Part shown: positions 61,318 to 64,000 of the stretch, one piece after another
Position numbering within the stretch: position 1 is the first letter of the stretch
Layout of the letters: the number at the start of each line of letters is the position of its first letter
DNA from: Anaeromyxobacter sp.
GTDB taxonomy: Bacteria; Myxococcota; Myxococcia; Myxococcales; Anaeromyxobacteraceae
Length of the DNA stretch: 64,000 bases
Assembly: GCA_049840735.1 (NCBI GenBank)
Contig: JASGJN010000007.1
Location: 128,001-192,000 of the forward strand
Reading direction: 5' to 3'
Translations under genes and position numbers: made by a program
The notes under the pieces: model-generated
What the model was told of the DNA's origin: nothing
What the model saw: the letters and a program-made list of their open reading frames with translations, nothing else
The model's database searches: none

Positions 61318-62601
61318 ATGGCGGAGGGCGCCGCTGCGGTGATGGGAGCGGCGCCCGCGCGCCCCGGCGCGGCGTCGCTGCGCGACAACTTCCTCTGGAC
61401 GCTGGCCGGCAACGGCGTGGGCGCAGCGGCGCAGTGGCTCCTGCTGGTGGTGGTGGCCCGGCTCGCGGGCGAGCGGATGCTGGGCCAGCTCGCGCTGGCC
61501 ACCGCCACCGTGACCCCCATCTTTCTCTTCACCGGGCTGCAGCTGCGCGGCGTGGTCGCCACCGACGCCGCCGGGCAGTTCCGCTTCGCCGACTACCTGG
61601 GCGTGCGGGCGCTGGGCACGGCGGCCGGGCTGGCGCTGGCCGCGGCGGCGGCCGCCTGGTCGGGCCCCGGCGCCGCCCCGGTGGTGCTGGCCTTCGCGGC
61701 CGCCCGCGCGGTGGAGGCGCTGGCGGACGTGCACCAGGGCGTCCTGCAGCACCACGAGCGCATGCGCCCCATCGCCCGCTCGCTGATGGCGCGCGGCCTG
61801 CTCAGCGTCGCCATCGTGGGCGCGGTGCTGCGGGGCGGCGGCAGCCTGGCCGCCGGCCTGGCCCTCTTCGCGCTGGCCTCCGCGGCCTGGCTGGTGCTCC
61901 ACGACCTCCGGGTGGCGGCGCCGCTCCTGCGGGCGGACGGCGAGGCGCGCACGCCGCGGCTGCGGCGCGCGGGGGCGCGGCTGGTGGCCGCCACGCTGCC
62001 GCTGGGGGTGGTGGCGCTGGCCGTCTCGCTCCGCACCTACCTGCCGCGCCTCTTCGTCGAGCGCTCCGAGGGCACGGCCGAGCTGGGCATCTTCGCCGCG
62101 CTGGCCTCCTTCGTCATGACCGGGACGCTGGTGGTCTCGGCGCTGGGGCAGTCGGCCGTGCCGCGCCTGGCCCGCCACTTCCACCTCGGCGAGCTGGGCC
62201 GCTTCCGCGGGCTGCTGGTGCGCCTGGAGCTCTTGGCGCTGGGGCTGGGCCTGGCCGGCGTGGCGGTGGCCCGGCTGCTGGGGGAGCCGCTGCTCAGGCT
62301 GGTCTTCGGGCCGGCCTACGCCGCCCGGGCGCCGGTGCTGGTCTGGCTGATGGGCGCAGGGCTGGTGGCCTACACGGTCTCCTTCCTGGGCTACGCGCTG
62401 ACCGCGGCGCGCCGCTTCGCGGTGCAGCTGCCCATCTTCGTCGCCACCGCCGCGGCCACCGCCGCCGCCTGCGCCTGGCTGGTCCCGGCCCACGGGCTGG
62501 CCGGGGCGGCCTGGGCCTGGGGGGCCTCGCTGGTGGTGGAGTGGGGGCTGACGGCGCTGGCCCTGACGGCGGCGCTCCGGGCCAGGGGGCGCGCCGCGTG
62601 A
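61318..62601 (+). CDS. wzx: Polysaccharide flippase
   Basis: NFLWTLAGN...QW..LVVVARL, about 12 TM segments, and its position in a capsule cluster. Confidence 0.8.
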   Translation: MAEGAAAVMGAAPARPGAASLRDNFLWTLAGNGVGAAAQWLLLVVVARLAGERMLGQLALATATVTPIFLFTGLQLRGVVATDAAGQFRFADYLGVRALGTAAGLALAAAAAAWSGPGAAPVVLAFAAARAVEALADVHQGVLQHHERMRPIARSLMARGLLSVAIVGAVLRGGGSLAAGLALFALASAAWLVLHDLRVAAPLLRADGEARTPRLRRAGARLVAATLPLGVVALAVSLRTYLPRLFVERSEGTAELGIFAALASFVMTGTLVVSALGQSAVPRLARHFHLGELGRFRGLLVRLELLALGLGLAGVAVARLLGEPLLRLVFGPAYAARAPVLVWLMGAGLVAYTVSFLGYALTAARRFAVQLPIFVATAAATAAACAWLVPAHGLAGAAWAWGASLVVEWGLTALALTAALRARGRAA

Positions 62602-63974
62602 CCAGGGCCGGGTCGGAGGCGCGGGCGGGCACCGCCGTCCTGGCCGCGCTGCTGGTGGGCGCGGTGGTCTTCCCCGCGGCGTGGGCCCCGGTGCCGGCGG
62701 CGCTGGTCTGGCTGCTCTGCCTCCGATCGCTGTCGCGGGCCCACCCGGCCGGCGCGCTGTCGCTGGGCACCCTCTACCTGGTGCTGCTGGGGCTCTTCCA
62801 CCTGGGCGTGGTGGTGCCGGTGTCGCTCGGGGTGGGCGTGCGCTCGCCGCCGGGGTGGACCCGCTCGCCCTTCCTGCCGGAGGCGCTCGGGTACTTCACC
62901 GCGGCGGTGCTGGCGTTCACGCTGGGGGCCCGGCACCGCGGGCGGGGCGCGGCGCGCGCCCAGCAGGTCCCGGCGGCGCAGCCCCACCTGTTCCTGGCCG
63001 GCGCGGCGGTGGCCGCGATGGGCGCGGCGCTGCTCTGGATCGGCGTCTGGAAGCTGGGGCTGCTCCAGGCCAGCTACGCCGAGTACTTCGAGCGCGCCAT
63101 GCGCACCGACGTCCGCTTCTTCGGGTTCGGCATGATGCTGTTCCCCATCGGCGTGGTGATCGGGGCCTGCGGCGCCAACCGGCGCCAGCTCTGGGGGCTG
63201 GGGGTGCTGCTGGCGCTGACGCTGGGGCCGCTCTTCTTCCGCGGCTTCCGCGGGCCGGTGCTGGTGCAGGCCACGGCGCTGCTGGCGGTCTGGGCGCGCA
63301 AGGACCTCCGCTCGGCGCGCCGGCTGGCGCTGGGGGGGCTGGTGTTGGTGATGGTGGCGGCCCCCGCCATCCGCGCCACCCGCAACCAGGGCGAGGATCC
63401 CGCCACCGGCGAGCGCGGCTTCCAGCCGCTGGCGCTCGTCAGCGAGACCGGCGGCTCGCTCTACCCGCTGATCGTGACGGTGGAGGCGCGCGCCGCGGCG
63501 GCCGAGCCGCTCTGGCTCGGCCGCTCCTACCTCATGAGCATCCAGCGCATCGTCCCCAACGTCAGCGCGCGCTGGCGCGGCCCCACCTCGCGCACGCTCA
63601 CCCCCTCGGTCTGGGCCACCCGGCGGGTGAACCCCTGGGCCTACGAGAACGGCGGCGGGATCGGCTTCTCCGGCGTGGCCGAGCCGTACCTCAACTTCGG
63701 CGGCCTCGGCCTGGTGGCGGTCTTCTTCGTGCTGGGCGGGCTGGTGCGGCGCTGGGACGGCTGGCTGGGCAGCCACCCGTTCCGAGGCGCCGCCGGCGCG
63801 GCCACCTTCGGCTTCGTGCTCTGGACGGTCCGCAACGACGGCATGGAGCTGTTCCGCGCCGCGACCATCTCCATGCTGGTGGCCGGGGGCGCGTGGCTGC
63901 TGAACCAGCTCCAGCGCCGCCACCACCCCGGCGGCGCGCTCCGCGATCCGCGCCTCTCCCCCGCCGCGACCTGA
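62598..63974 (+). CDS. wzy: Putative O-antigen/capsule polymerase
   Basis: Multi-TM protein with G.RG, a periplasmic loop, GIGFSGVAEPYLNFG, and VRND. Confidence 0.7.
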   Translation: MTRAGSEARAGTAVLAALLVGAVVFPAAWAPVPAALVWLLCLRSLSRAHPAGALSLGTLYLVLLGLFHLGVVVPVSLGVGVRSPPGWTRSPFLPEALGYFTAAVLAFTLGARHRGRGAARAQQVPAAQPHLFLAGAAVAAMGAALLWIGVWKLGLLQASYAEYFERAMRTDVRFFGFGMMLFPIGVVIGACGANRRQLWGLGVLLALTLGPLFFRGFRGPVLVQATALLAVWARKDLRSARRLALGGLVLVMVAAPAIRATRNQGEDPATGERGFQPLALVSETGGSLYPLIVTVEARAAAAEPLWLGRSYLMSIQRIVPNVSARWRGPTSRTLTPSVWATRRVNPWAYENGGGIGFSGVAEPYLNFGGLGLVAVFFVLGGLVRRWDGWLGSHPFRGAAGAATFGFVLWTVRNDGMELFRAATISMLVAGGAWLLNQLQRRHHPGGALRDPRLSPAAT

Positions 63975-64000
63975 GCGCGGAGTCCCGTCACTGACCGTGT

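Overview
This is a very GC-rich bacterial chromosomal window. Gene content (PilZ, HDOD, single-domain receivers, c-type cytochromes, DUF3108) suggests Anaeromyxobacter-like Myxococcota, which is an inference. In order it holds: an esterase; a malate synthase-isocitrate lyase-hemerythrin triple fusion with a divergent RamB/ScfR regulator; mscL; two paralogous uncharacterised membrane/coiled-coil genes; housekeeping genes (AGT-type aminotransferase, rsmE, trmJ, SDR, PfkB, lipid kinase); a starch locus with a catalytically degenerate MalZ-like gene divergent from two CBM/FN3 lipoprotein alpha-amylases; a single-chain biotin-dependent carboxylase with a degenerate biotin carboxylase domain; two cytochrome c genes; a DPP III-like peptidase; and the start of a Wzx/Wzy capsule cluster (wza-wzb-wzc, pglF/E/C-like). 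A REP-like structured repeat with covarying stems sits at five convergent gene junctions. About 20 single-base frameshifts look like long-read errors, and at least 8 fall on GATC sites. I found no rRNA, tRNA, CRISPR array or transposase. All calls come from manual motif recognition; no database searches were run.
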